Notes under the pieces: generated by a model
The model's database searches: none
What the model was told of the DNA's origin: nothing
What the model saw: the letters and a program-made list of their open reading frames with translations, nothing else
Position numbers and translations under genes: made by a program
Shown here: piece by piece, positions 45,301 to 59,622 of the stretch
Position numbering within the stretch: the first letter of the stretch is position 1
Layout: each line of letters begins with the position of its first letter
DNA from: the human T2T-CHM13v2.0 reference genome, Homo sapiens
Assembly (NCBI RefSeq): GCF_009914755.1
Contig: NC_060936.1
Strand: one strand, 5' to 3'
DNA: 64,000 nt

Positions 45301-45758
45301 TTTAATTATATGTTGACAAACTATAGTTGTATATACAATTTATATCAATTATATATATAATTGTATATATAAGTGATGTTATAATTTTTGAATGCAATGT
45401 GAAGTGATTAAATCAAACTAATTAACCTTTCCATGACCTCAAGTACTTGACATTTTTTTGTGATGAGATTTGAGATTTACTCTTAGTGTTATTGAAATAG
45501 ACAGTGCCCAATTATTAGTTATATTCACTATGCTGTGCAATAGTTCTCAAAAAAATTGAACTTATTCCTCCTAGCTAAAGGCTTTATACCCTTTGGGTAT
45601 AATCTCCCATTCTCTCCACCCTCAGCATCTGGAAACTACCATTCTGTTCTCTGCTTGTGTGGGTTGATTGTTTTAGATTCCATACATAAGTGAGAACAGG
45701 TGGTATTTGTTTGTCTTTGGCTAATTTCATTTAGCGTAATTGCGACAACATGGATGGA
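45301..45758 (-). mobile_element. L1MA-type 3' fragment with 14-bp TSD attgtagcaagcac and a short 5' inversion, inserted in a MIR
   Basis: Antisense L1 3'UTR (ttttagattccacatacaagtgag). TSD at 45287-45300 and 45759-45772. Confidence 0.85.
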
Positions 45759-45981
45759 ATTGTAGCAAGCACCTAACCTGGAGTTTCTAATTTAATTTTT
45801 CATTATAACTATTATTTTTACTATTATTCCAATTTTAGAGATGAAGAGACTGAGGCTTCAGGGCTTAAATAACTTTGCCAAGGTCACATAGCAAGTGGCA
45901 GAGCCAGGAGTCAGGCCTTGAACTCTGTTGTCATTTATCCTAACATGCAATTTTATTTTAATACTGAGGGCCTACTACAGC

Positions 45982-46265
45982 CAGGACTGGACACATAATT
46001 TGCAAGGCCTGTTGCAAGATAAAAATGTGGAGTGTGGAATAGTAGGCAGGCATTTTTACTTCCCTGTGGGAAATCTTTCAAGAGATCTAGTTTTCATGAT
46101 TACTGCTTGTGTGGGAATTGCAAATGCTCTTTGTTGTCTCTTGTTTCTTAAAAGGTGGGGAAGAAATTATTAAGAAAGTCAAGATGGTGGCAGCAGAGCA
46201 TTAAACCAAAGGTGGAGCCCCACATGTCTGGCGGTGTGGGTCACATGCCCATGAAGCTGGCCCTG
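45982..46265 (-). mobile_element. MER45A hAT element interrupted by the duplicated segment
   Basis: caggactggacacataatttgc...|...aaattattaaga...cagcagagcattaaacc...cccatgaagctggccctg. Confidence 0.8.
46029..46157 (+). repeat. copy 2 of the local duplication
   Basis: See 44934-45060. Confidence 0.95.
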
Positions 46266-49200
46266 GCTACATAAGGGGCCATTTGTATCCTCTAACTTTT
46301 GGGGATACAAATGTTGATGATACATAGTTCATGTCTTTAAGGTCCTACAGTCTAGTCAGGAAAACGGACTTATAAGGAGGATGTTTCTGTGTGAAGTGGT
46401 AAGATAAGGCCACCAAAGTCAGAGACAGAGCAACTACCACCCAGTCTGGGGTTTCTGGAAATGCTTAGTAATTCTGAATGGAATAACGGAATGACCTCTC
46501 TTAGTTAGTCCTTTTTTCTCCCCCACTCTTTTCTCTCTTTCTCTGCTTAAACAAAACACGACAAAGGAGACTGAGAGATGAGACAAATGCCAGCCTTACT
46601 CCTGATAAGCTGGTAGGAGAATGTGGCTTCGGATATGTGGCTAAATGGGCTTGCTCCCACCCCTGAATGAGACAGGTGGCTGCCTAGCCCCAAGTGCGGT
46701 GGGCAGTTTGGAAGCCTGCAGGCTGCCAGGGTAGGGGGACCTGCCCCACTTAGCCAATGCACAATGAAGAGCAGAACAGATCCTCTCTGTAGGCAGCAGA
46801 TCCAACAGGAGAAGCTTGCAGGGTTTGGGAGCAGAAGTGTGGGTAAGCAGGGAAGCTGTTGGGAATGGTGTCCACTGAGGGTTCTCTATATGGAATCACA
46901 AGGAGGACAAAAAAAGGTCTCCCCTAGCAGGGCTTATGATTTTTATTTTAGATAGATTGGCTCACATTTTAATCTGAGTACCAGACCTTCACATTCTGGC
47001 CTTTTGCAAGACCACTGAGCAGGTTGAAAATGGCCTTTTACTAAATCCAATGATCTTTCTTGTAATTATATAATGATTTGTGAAGAACAAGAAGAGGGCC
47101 TATCATCAGAGTATCATTCTCCCAATTTTTCAGTCCCCAGGGAGTATGGAAAAATTTTCTTCTCTCTGGGTAGTTGAAAGCTTTTTATTTATGCATCTAA
47201 AGGCAAAAGGTTCCATTTTAATGTTCTGGGTTAGATTAGAGAATAACAAATTAAATTAGAAGATTAGAGAATCTACAATGCAGATGTTGATGAGTTCATG
47301 TAAGAGAGGGAGGTCAGGGTTTATAATATTTATGACATTTAAAATCTCATGTCAAGACCAAGGAAAATGAATGATTACATTTATCAGCCTTCTTTGAAGC
47401 CACCATTTTGGATTTTCAATAGTTTCTAATTTTACTCTCAGTCTGTACCCTATGTCCATTCTCCCAGTGGATCTCCCTCTTGGCCCTTTCATCCCCACCT
47501 TGTGAGCACCTGCAGTTGGCAGCACCTTTCCTTGGGAAAGCACAACCAAGTTTGAGGCCTGTTCTGGCCTGTGTATCAGCAAGCTGAAGGTTGGTAAAAT
47601 AAACTTATAAACCCACAGACCTGTTTTAGCAATACATCTAAAAAATACATTTACAGTATTCACTGACCCTCCCATGTTGTATTTTGCAGTTAGAGCTGAG
47701 CATTTTTTCTGTTTAAGTTTACAGCATCATTAAAAAGAGACAGGGTGAACCTACAATGAGAACAGTGTTTCATTTTAATATTATCTTGAAATGTAACACA
47801 TTATAAAATTTGTACAGACTAAGGTGTTGTTTTATATATTTTTACACCAGATCGTGAGCCCATGTCTGAGCTCCAGTCATAAGACATATGAACAATCTTA
47901 GAAGAGCCACCTTTCCTTGCCCAGGTGCAGGAACACTAAGGTGGCCATGGACATTTGGACATTTGAGCTGAATAGAGCACCTGCATAAATGCCCATGGGG
48001 CATTATTTACTCTTGCTTACTCTTCATCCACCTGCCACACACCCTTCTCTCTCCAGAGTTCTCTGTGTTCTGTGGTGTCTTTCTCTTTGGACAGGCCAAA
48101 AGATCACACAGGACAACGCAATGCCATTTACCTTGGACTCTGTAGTCTTCATGTTTTCCCAACTTGAATGTTTCTCCTTGATGGCAGCAACTGGATCCTA
48201 CATTGTCCTATAACTCTCAGAACATATACCACAAACCTAAGCATAAAATTCAGTAAGTGTTCAGTAAATATTTACTCACTAGAGAACAAAGGTTTTTTTT
48301 CTAAAAAAAAAAAAAAAAAAAAGAAAAGAAAACAACCCAGGGAACAAAATCTCTAATGGTGAAATTTCAGTTACTTTGACAGGAATATGCAAGATATTTT
48401 GGAAAAGAGCACCTTTTTTTTTTCACTTCCAGTCGTATCTGTAGTGTTCTTATAGAGTGCAGACCTCCAGAAGCTTCTGAGAACTACATCCAAGGATGTC
48501 TGCTGGGGCTATGAAAGCTCAAGCCTTCTTATTGCAATGGTGGTAGCTAATATGAGGCCTAAATATTGGGTGAAAAATATGGAGGGGCTTCAGGCCTTCT
48601 AAAGGTATCCGAATTTCTTCTTTCATCTTTAAAATAAATACCTTCCCACCATTCAAAAATAAATAATTCTCTCAGAATCAGGAAGTTTGTGCATATTTAT
48701 ATCCTTATCCATGTAGGCTTCTGAAAAGGAGCAGAAATGTGATTCCTGTTTAATAGACGTATACACCCCATTGTCTAATTATGTGCATTAATACTTCTTG
48801 GAAAAAATGTGGTCTTTCATAACTAGTTTTATACCAGATTCTAAATATTTGTTGAAGTGTCATAGTTTCTTAATCCTAATTAGTATAATTGATTATTAGC
48901 AAATTTTTCCATTGTCAAGATATTATTTTTATTGCCAGCTAAAATTACTATTTTCATTTGCATCACAAAACTCTTAAGTGGTTTGGTAAAATATAAAAAC
49001 ATCACAAAACTTCCCTCGAGATGCACTAGATACATATTGGAATTATTTCTATTCCTCTGAGTAAAAGATGGAGAACTTGGCTGTTCTATTAATTCTTACC
49101 TCAGCATATTTTGTTGGACAAGGATAATTACCATAACATAAATTATTTTCCCCATTCTATAAGGGAGCAGTTTCTAGTACAGAGTTCATTCCAGAGATAT

Positions 49201-50148
49201 TTCTGTTTTACAAAATGCATAGGAAATAGAGCCAGAGATCTTAGCAGATTCTAATACAGTATAGTAGCTAAAGAAAATAGTGATAATTGTGTTTTTCCAT
49301 AATTTTTGCCGTCTTATTTGTCATTGTGTGAGGAAATGTTAATTAAAAGCCAGAATGGTTGAATTTATTAAAGTTTCCTTGTAGGTGAACAATGTTAATT
49401 AAAAAATGGAAAATAATTCTCTAAATTTTTAGTTATTTTTCATGGTTTCTAGGTTAAACTTCTAACTATAAGAAGTTCCCCATTTTGATTTATAGTTCTT
49501 CCTTGAAACTGGAACATATTCCAATTAGAAAGAAAAAAGTAGGTCAAGTTAGTTAAATAAGAATCAACAATGCCCAATTCAAAGTCTTGAGTCCAGTTTA
49601 TCCTTCTGTGCCTCTTACGCCTATCATCCTTGTCCAGGACTCAACTGCATTACTTTGGATTATCTATTTCTTTGGTGCCCAGCCTGATATTGCATTGCAC
49701 TTCCTCCCCCTGCTCTAGTCTCTTTCCACTGTGTTTTCCTGAAACCCATTTCAATATGTACCAAGATATAGAGATCTTTGTTTTTGCTTCTTAGCAATGT
49801 CCTGTGAGGTGCTTGCTTTGTTTTGTGAATGCCTTGGTGATCCCACTTAGAGGCTATGCTTCCAGGGCCTATGGCTACACGGATGCCCAGAGAAAACTGG
49901 GCATTCAGTTCTCTGGACAAGGAAAAAGGCAGAATGTGTGTGAGGGCCTGCAAGGGAAGTGTCTCAAAAGAGAGAATGAGACTCAACAGCTAGTGACCCA
50001 ATGAGAGACTTGGGAAGACTTTTCTAATGAGGATCTTTGGAAAGAAATGCTGTGTACTGAGTGATGTAACATCCGTGCTCAGTCTTCTCAAGTTCTTAAG
50101 CACATTTTATTTGTTTAGCTGATGCTCTGTGTAGTAGTTTTTCTTTGG

Positions 50149-50252
50149 GAGAGAAGAATATGTGAATAAGTGCAGAATCTTACTTCAAGTCTGGCATGAG
50201 ACAAGAAAATGTGAATAAGTGCAGAATCTTACTTCAAGTCTGGCCTGAGACA
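50149..50252. repeat. 49-bp tandem duplication (x2.1)
   Basis: atgtgaataagtgcagaatcttacttcaagtctggc starts at both 50160 and 50209. Confidence 0.95.
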
Positions 50253-50884
50253 TAGTGTCCCACTATGTCTCTCCTTTTGATCCCAGAAAATTTTTCAAAG
50301 AACAATCCACTGACTGTCTCTACTCCCTCACCTCTAGTTTGGTTGATACATTCTCTCTGTCAGTTTAATCCCTGCCTGTGGCTTAAACTACTACTAATAG
50401 GTGTAGATGATTCTCAAGGATGCCACCTAGTCCAATCTGCTCTCCAGAACTTTGAGCTTGTGTATCCGTTTCTACCTAGATGTTACAGAGTCCTGAACTT
50501 CATCTTGAAACTTCTAGGTTCATCATCAAAGTCAACATGTCAAATCTGCACTACTCATCTCCCTCTCCTTTCTCCTAAACCTACCCCTCTTTAGGCCTTC
50601 TCTATCTTAATGTTACCACTAGCTATCAAGCATTCTAAAGTAGACATCATACTAGACTCTTTCTTCAATCATCCCACTCAGTCATCAAACCCTATTGAAT
50701 TTACCCTCAATACCATAAGTTAGTCCCTGACAATTTCTCACTTAGAAAACTGCACAAAACATCACTCTATTTCTTAAAGATGATTTTGTGTTTGTATTCC
50801 TCATCAGTCTGTGAGTTCCCTGATAGTGAAGACTGTCTTGTTCACCTCTTTCTTTAGTTCTCTCTCTCTAGAGACTAGCACTTA

Positions 50885-51395
50885 ATGTAGTTGATCAGTT
50901 ATCTACTGCTATATAACAAGCCACCCCAACACGTGGAGGCTATAAACAATTTGCTCATGATTTGCAGGGCTTGTCTGATGGTTAGTCTCTGCACTACATG
51001 GTATTGGCTGAGCTCACTCATGCATCTGTGGTCAGTTGGCACACTGACTAGGGACTGGGCTGGTCTTATTTGGCTTCATGTACATGTCTGGCAGTTCCTG
51101 GGACTGTTGGCTGGGGTACCTTGGTTCTCTGCCACATGGCTTCTCAAGTTTAAGAATGCTTGCTTGGGCTTCTTGGCATGGCAGTCCCCAAGCAGCAAGA
51201 AGAGCAGAGCAGAAGCTGCAAAGTCTCTTGAGGTCTAGACTCAGAAGTTGTATGATATCACTTCCACTACATTTTCAAAGTCAAAGCGAGTGGCAAAGTC
51301 AGTCCAGATTCAATGGGTGGGGAAATAAAGTCTACCACCTGACGGGAGGAACAGAAAAGTCATACTGCAAAGGAGTGTGCACACAGGGAGGAATG
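50885..51395 (-). mobile_element. MaLR LTR (MLT1F/G/H-like) inserted into an L2
   Basis: tcagttatctactgctatataacaagccacccc...agtccagattcaatggg...aaagtcatactgcaaagg. Confidence 0.75.
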
Positions 51396-53601
51396 ATTCA
51401 CTAGAGCCACACATTGTTTCTGGCACAGAGTTAAGCTTTATAAGGATACGCTTCATAAATGCCTGTAGAATAGACTGAATGGATGGCTGGGTGGATGGAA
51501 GGATGGATAAGAGGCAGTATGGCATGGTCACTAGGACACTGGATTAGGAATTCTAGTCCTGAGGCTGATTATCATAAATCATTTGACCCTGGGCAAGCCC
51601 CTGTACCTTTTACCCATGTTTCCTCACCTACAAAATAAAAGTAGAAGACTGGATGTGTTTATTTTATAGCTAAGGCTGTCCTTGAGCTACATTTTATGAT
51701 TCTATAGCTATTAATCATATCATTATGTCACAGGTAACAAAAATCGCTTTCTTGACCTGACTTGATTCATCCATGGCTGCACATTGTTAAGGAAAAATCA
51801 TGTTGGTGCTCATTTCATAGGAACATCCCAAATGGTGTTTCTATTGTTAGTCAGCCAGCTAGAAGCAAGCACATGCCCATAACAGGCATTCTCTCCACTT
51901 TTTTTTTTTTTTTTTGGTATCAATGGTTCCTTTGAAATGACTATCAAGACTTTCTATTTAACACTACTAAAAATATAATTCCTGCCCTGAAATACAATGT
52001 AGAATGTATGGGCTTCCTCTCCGTTTATCCCCCTTAATGGAGACAGTTTGGGAAATACTGTTGTGTACTTAGAAAAGATTAGGTTTGCTTAGAATTATAC
52101 TTAACTTTGCAAAATATATTCTTTTAACTCTTTTCAACTTGGTCTCTGTTTGGTATAAATAAAACCTTTCAGCCTGTGAGTTTGCAAAGGCTTAATTGCC
52201 AGGTATTAAGTAAGTTATTTCCTTTGCACACTGAAAATAATATTTTGAAAATCTTTCAAACCCCTGAAAGGTCTTCAAATTATAGAGTAAGAAAGAGTTG
52301 AACTATATAAATATTGTTGGGGTTTTACTTTGCCATTTTCTTCTTTATTATGAAATAGTATAAAATGCTATTGGTTTTTCCAATTTTCTGTTCAATACCA
52401 ATTTATACCATTCGTGGGAGGATGGATGAGGAGGATAGAAGACAGGGTTGATAATGGCCATAGGCGTTCAAGGTCATTTTATCTGATTTAGTAAATGCAG
52501 ACAATTAGTCTTTTGATACCCTACCTGAACTAGTCTCTTCCTATATGATTTAAGGCTGGTTTTATTTAGATAGCATGTCTTTTAAAAGAGTCTACATGGA
52601 AAATGATGTTAATAAAACCTTAAAAGAGAGCCAGATACAACTAATTCTCATGTATTCTTACCTTGGTTAACTCCAAGGGCTGTGTTAAAATGAGCAATTT
52701 TGTTCTGAGAGTGGAATTGCTTATAAAATGAACAACTGAGTTATCTGACTCTTGCTTTTAGTAAATGACAAAACAGCTAAAAATACAAAGCATTACAATG
52801 GAGCAAGAAGGATTAAAGTACAGATCACATCCTGAAAGAAAAAGAGCTTGTGGGGGAGGAGGAGGGTGGTGGCATGGAAGGGAACGGAGAGGTGATGTCC
52901 CAGTGGAAGCAGATGATGCCATATCGTTCAGCAGCACATTAATACTAACAGCATATGCTGTGCTGAGGTAGTCACTGCTCGTACAAGTTTAAAATAAAAA
53001 GACATCATGGAGAAGTAATGCAGTAGAGTTTTGTGTAAGGGTGTTAGTTCTTTGGGAGAGAAGGGGAGATGAAGGTTGGAAGTGTAAAGGAGTTAGCTTT
53101 CATTAGCATTCAGATGGTTTTCTAGACATCTGATGTCTAGATGTCTAATTCCTAATACAGTGTTCTAGTGCTTAATTCCTTGAATAATGTCTTAGTATTA
53201 TGTATAGCTTACTTATTACACGGCAATCTTTATTGTTATTTATTTATAATCCTCCTACTTGTAAAAATGATTTGAAGCAGCTTAAAAAGCACAGTTATAA
53301 ATTCCTCAAACCACTAAAAGAAAAATAAAAGTAAGAACTAAGTATTAATAGAGATCAAGGTGGGGGAAAATAATTATATCAGAAACAAACAGCTAAGGAA
53401 AGTTATGGTAGCTCTGAACTTCTTAATGGTCAAGACAGAAAATTTTGATAACAAACTATTTTTCTTGGCCTCCAAATAATCTTAAGAGCAATTTTAGTCA
53501 TTTTTGAGATGAACATAAGTAATTTAACAATCGCATTAAAGGAAATTGTGAGAAATGATTGAAGAAAACCTTATCCCACCACTCTAAGATAACCATTAAC
53601 T

Positions 53602-54098
<497 letters not shown>

Positions 54099-54900
54099 TG
54101 AAGTTTCACTGGTGACTGCCTATTAAATTGTTAGGCTATGAAATAATCAGTCATGTTGTTATAATGTCTTTTAACCATTTCGGTTTTGTCGACCTTGTTT
54201 TCATCATTCTACTATTGTGTAGAATGCTGTAATGAATGTCTCCATGTGTATATTTTTTTTTCACTTCTAAGGAATTATTTCTTCATTTAGTCAATAAATA
54301 CTTATGAAGAAATTCTTTCTGTGTTTCAGTCACATGTGATGGATTGGGGACATAGAGGTCAATATTTTCAAGGTACAGAGGAAAGGTACATAATTCTGTT
54401 TGCGCACGGAGATACCAGGAAAGGCTTTGGTGAATGTGATGTTCGGACAGTCCCAAATAATTTTTTTATAAAGTGCTTGTCAAGTTTCTTTCCAGTTAGG
54501 TTTTATCAAATCACAATGTTGATGTGGTAAAAGATTTACTCCTTCCTTCCATTATCAAACCTATATCAATATTTGTGTTATCATTAAATCTAAAGATATT
54601 TTAGAATGCTTAACATTTACCTGCAAGTTGCTTTAATTTACTCAGGTTATATTTGAGGATAATATAGTACAGAAGCTATATAGAGTCTGTTCGTGATCTT
54701 CATGCTTTCAATTACATGGAATGACATGGCAGACAAAATACAGACCTTGGAGTCCCATTTAAAAGATGCCTCTGCCACTAACTAAGCTTGGGTGAGTTAA
54801 TCTTGCTAAGCTACAATTTTCTCAGCGGCAAGACTAGAATAACAATCAAGACATTGCATGATTATTGAAAAAATTAAATGAGAGAATGAACAAAGCATCT

Positions 54901-54946
54901 GGAATATAATAGGTATTTTGGGAATATAATAGGTATTTTGGGAATA
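54901..54946. repeat. perfect 20-bp tandem duplication ggaatataataggtattttg x2.3
   Basis: Directly visible. Confidence 0.95.
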
Positions 54947-55089
54947 ACTATGACTGCTTATTTGCATATTGGGGTTCTCTGTATAGATTTCAGGAGTTCT
55001 TTATACATATTAACCTTCTATCCTATTTAATGGAAATGACTGCTGCAACATGTTGCTCTCCTATTTTCAAATTACAGCATAATATCTTT

Positions 55090-55293
55090 ATATTTTACTT
55101 TTTGAAACTGAGTTTCACTCTGCCACCCAGGCTGGAGGGTAGTGGCACGGTCACGGCTCACTGTATCCTTGACCTTTCCACCCAAGTGATCCTCCCACTT
55201 CCCAAGTAGCTAGGGCCACAGGCACGTGCCACCACACCCAGCTAATTTTTAAATTTCTTGTAGAGATGGGGTCTCCCTATGTTGCCCAGGCTA
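55090..55293 (-). mobile_element. truncated AluJ
   Basis: cccaggctggagggtagtggcacg...gtagagatggggtctccctatgttgcccaggct. Confidence 0.85.
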
Positions 55294-56299
55294 CTTTTAG
55301 ATTTTAAAAGCTCTATACATTTGTTTTTATTTTCTTTATGTTTTAAAGTTGAATCAGTTATTGTTCCTCTACAATGCTGTTAAATATTAGCATTTCTGAT
55401 TGTTTTTCTACTGTAAGATAATAGAATTCTTTCAATTACCTGAGATCTATTTGGGTGTATAGAAACTTAATGTTTGACATCACAAATATCAGTTGCAATT
55501 TTATATTTTTCTACAATAAAAGCTACTGCCTCAATAAATGAGAGTTCAATGTTGCGAGTGTTTTCTTTCCGGTACCCAAGGCCACAGATTTCCCAAGTAA
55601 GACACAATAGATCTGCAGCTTGTTGAGACAGATGAAACCACACACCTGACGTTAAATCAATGAAATCATAGAGGCTGAGATAATATTTACAGAATTAGTC
55701 ATGTTGACAAACAGTAAGCTCTGTTCGTTATGTATTTACTTGTCATAGACCACTAAAGGAAAAAGTTAATATTTCTTAGAACTGTCTCTATTGTAATCTG
55801 AATCTAAAACTTCAAATAAAAATTCTGGTCAATTGCAAAGCCTAACTTACACGATCTGGAAATTTAAATTGTGTTTTTTTGGACATGATTTTGAATTAAT
55901 ATTTATATTTAAGAGCTGAAAGATAAAGGAAGAGTAACCCAATTAAAAATTTGTGTTTTTAACAGGAGAAAACCCTTTTGCAATCTAGCCTTATTTATTT
56001 ACATGGCCTCATCTCCCATAGCTTTGAACTTTATACCAGAAGTTCTGAAATTTGAAGAGATTTTTCTACCTCATATGCCTTTGAACATGACAGTCCGCTT
56101 AGGCAAGTCTTATAATGGACTTTCAATTTTTAGAGGTCTGATCAGCTTCTTATTCTTCTAGACCCAACATAAACACAAAAACTTCTCTAAAACCTTCAGG
56201 CATTAATGCCTGACTCTCTCCCTTGGTCACCTGGGGAATTATACACTTTCTCTGTTGCATGAAGCTCATTGCATGTGCCTGGGAGGAGGTATTCATTGA

Positions 56300-56520
56300 T
56301 TTTGGAGCAAGGACTCTTAAATCAGACATGGGCTTCAGTCCTAGCTCTTCCATTTATTAGCAGTGCAACCTTGAATAAGTCAAGCAGCCTCTTTATGTCT
56401 CAGTTTTCTTACCTGTAAGACGGGGATAACGATAATATCTCATAGCATTGTGAGAAATAAATGAAATGATGCATGTTAAACATCTAGTCCAGTTTCAGAC
56501 ACATAATAAAGACATTGTGG
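56300..56520 (+). mobile_element. MIR SINE
   Basis: gtcctagctcttccatttattagcagtgcaaccttgaataagtc...tctcagttttcttacctgtaa. Confidence 0.75.
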
Positions 56521-56556
56521 ATGCGGGTTACTCTTTGTTTCTATAACTATTACCCC

Positions 56557-57555
56557 ATTAGTTAGCTATTGCTGCAGAACAGATTACCCCAAAACTTGGT
56601 GGCTTAAAACAACTAACATTTATTTTCTTAGTTTCTGTGGATCAGAAACCTGGATGCAGATTATTTGGGTGCCTGTGTGTATTAGTCTGTTCTTGCATTG
56701 CTATAAAGAAATTTCTGAGACTGGGTCATTTATAAGAAGATAGGTTTAATTGGCTCATAGTTCCATAGGCTGTACAAAAAGCCTAACACTGGCATCTACT
56801 TCTGGGGAGGCCTCTGAAAGCTTACAATCGTGGCAGAAGGCAAAGCTGGAGCTTGCACGTCACCTGGGGAAAGCAGGAGCAAGAGAGTGGGAGGGGAGGT
56901 GCCACACACTTTTAAATGACCAGATGTCATGAGAACACACTCACTATCATGAGGACAGCACCAAGGGGATGGCGTTAAATCATTCATGAGAAATCTGCCC
57001 CATGATCCAATCACATCCCACCAGGCCCCACCTCCAACACTGGGGATTACATTTCAATATGAGATTTGGGTGGGGACACACATCCAAACTCTATCACTGT
57101 GACTCAGGGTTTCTCACAAGGCTTCAACTAAGATATTCAACAGGGCTGCAGTCATCTTAGAGTTCAACTGGGGAGGATACACTTCCAAGCTCGCTCAAGT
57201 GACTGTTGGCAGGCATCAGGCCCTTGCTGCTGTTGACCGGAGACATCAGTTCCTTGCCACATGGGCCCCTCTGTAGGGCAGCTCACAACAGGGCAGCTCA
57301 CAACATGGCAGCTCACTTCCCTCAGAACAAGCCAGTGGGAGAGTGAGAGGGGAGGCCAAAGCCAGAAGCCACAGATTTTTTTGCCCTCTAATGTCGGAAG
57401 TGACAGCTCATCATTTTCGACTTATTCTGTTCATTAGAAGTGAGTCACTAGGTCCAGCTCATGCTCAAAACCAGGAAATTACACAAAGGCATGAATACCA
57501 GGAGGTGGAGATCACTGTGGGGGGTAGGGGAGGTGCATTTTAGAGGCCACCTGGG
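56557..57555 (-). mobile_element. MLT1E/F-type LTR split by an MST LTR
   Basis: attagttagctattgctgc...ggcttaaaacaac...; resumes after 57101 with cagttccttgccacatggg...tagaagtgagtcactaggtccagc. Confidence 0.75.
56678..57096 (-). mobile_element. MSTA/MSTB solo LTR with 5-bp TSD CTGTG
   Basis: tgtattagtctgttcttgcattgctataaag...catccaaactctatca, with CTGTG at 56673-56677 and 57097-57101. Confidence 0.92.
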
Positions 57556-58494
57556 AAAAATGGGGCTGTAGCTTATTTACTAATGTTTGTGTTTTTATAT
57601 TTTCAATGTTTGACATAGTATCTGGCTCAACACAATCTTACCCCTATGGCTAAGATTTTCTTCGTTCTGGGAAATATGAGAGATTCCTCATTGTCAGTTG
57701 CCCACATAGCATTGATTTCATTGCTCTATTTTAAGGGAACAGCAATTACCAAGGCAAGACACCATGAAAGGTGGAAGAATGTAGCCTGCAGCCTGTCCCA
57801 CCGTTTGGGACAGGTGGGATGGACTGCCGGATAGCGTGTAGGAAGAAGATTAAAACAAATGGGGGAAATTTACACACATCATTTATTTATCTAAAATGTT
57901 CTCCCTGTCATAGTCTATTCCCTCTTTAAACTGTGGAAAGAAAAGCCCTAGCATAAACTTGGTGTACCTTTTAAAAATTATTACCTGGTACTTCATTTAA
58001 AAGAAAAGGAGAAATTATAATTAACCAGTTAAGACTCACCTTTTCTGACATAGCATGTGGTTGTATACATCTGGTTGTAACCATGGTTCAAGTTGATCAA
58101 CCACCTACCAGTTGGCTAAATAAATTCCTGATATGCTAGGCATCTGGGATGAACTTCCCTCAGACAAGCCTTTAGCTCATGGCTCATAAGAATGAATCTT
58201 GTTTTGTATGATGTCATTGAGTGTGGAGATATGCTGATGGAAAGATGGTGCTTAGCAACCAACTACTTATTTTCTTTAGTCTTCCTACAGGGTAACCACG
58301 AAGTCTTTCTGCAGGCCACTTAGAAAATATCTGTATGCCTCCTTCCACTCTCACAAATTCAAATTTTCCCTGTTGTTATTTTGAACATCTTCTTCCATGC
58401 TGATGCTTAGAAGTCGTTAAAGCAGCCCCTAATAGCTATTTTTAAATCTTTAACTGTTGATAAGTGAAACTGAGAATTTTTTCTTTCACAATCC

Positions 58495-58797
58495 TTTTTT
58501 TTTTTGTTTTGTTTTGAGACAGGGTCTTGCTCTGTTGCCCAGGCTGGAGGGCAGTGATGCAATCACAGCTCACTGCAGTCTCAATCTTCCAGGCTCAGGT
58601 GATCCTCTTGCCTCAGTCTCCTGAGTAGCTGGGACTACAGGCACACACCAACATGCCAGGTTAATTTTTGTATTTTTTGTAGAGATGGGGTTTTGCTACG
58701 TTGCCCAGGCTGGTCTTGAACTCCTGGCCTCAAACCATCCTCACGCCTCAGCCTCCCAAAGTACCAGGATTAGAGGCATGAGCCACCGTGCCTGGCC
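58495..58797 (-). mobile_element. AluJ with TSD tttcacaatc
   Basis: Reverse full dimer with a flanking direct repeat. Confidence 0.92.
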
Positions 58798-59325
58798 TTT
58801 TTCACAATCTTAAGCATAAGCTTGGTAGACCATAGACCCCCAGTAAGTGGAAGCTAGTGTAATAATATTATTACACTGTTTTCCTCAAAATGACCCTGCG
58901 AGGTGATTGTTTCACATCAGCTCATGCTCAGGCCCTGTTATTTCTGCATTTATGTGGACAGAGAATTCAGGAGGAATAACCAGTGGTAGACATATGAACA
59001 CTCCTCACTTGGAAGGACCATCCTGTCTAGGGTGAAGACCTTTTTTGACTGTCCATGATTCTGTTTTTTTTTTCTCTTCAATACATATGCTGCCAACATT
59101 CTTCTAGACTAGCCAACTAGTTCGCAGGGCTTCTTCCCATCCGTCTTGCCCTGTAATTCGAGAGCTCATCCTATGGCCTGACTTGAGATGTAAGGCTGCC
59201 AAGACTCTTCCTTTCTCTTTGGAGTCATGGAGCACCTATTTCCACTCACCCACCCATCCATTCATTTGTTCATTCTTTTAAAGAAAATAAGATAGGGTTC
59301 CTGGGTTCAAAGAGCTTGCAGTCTA

Positions 59326-59622
<297 letters not shown>

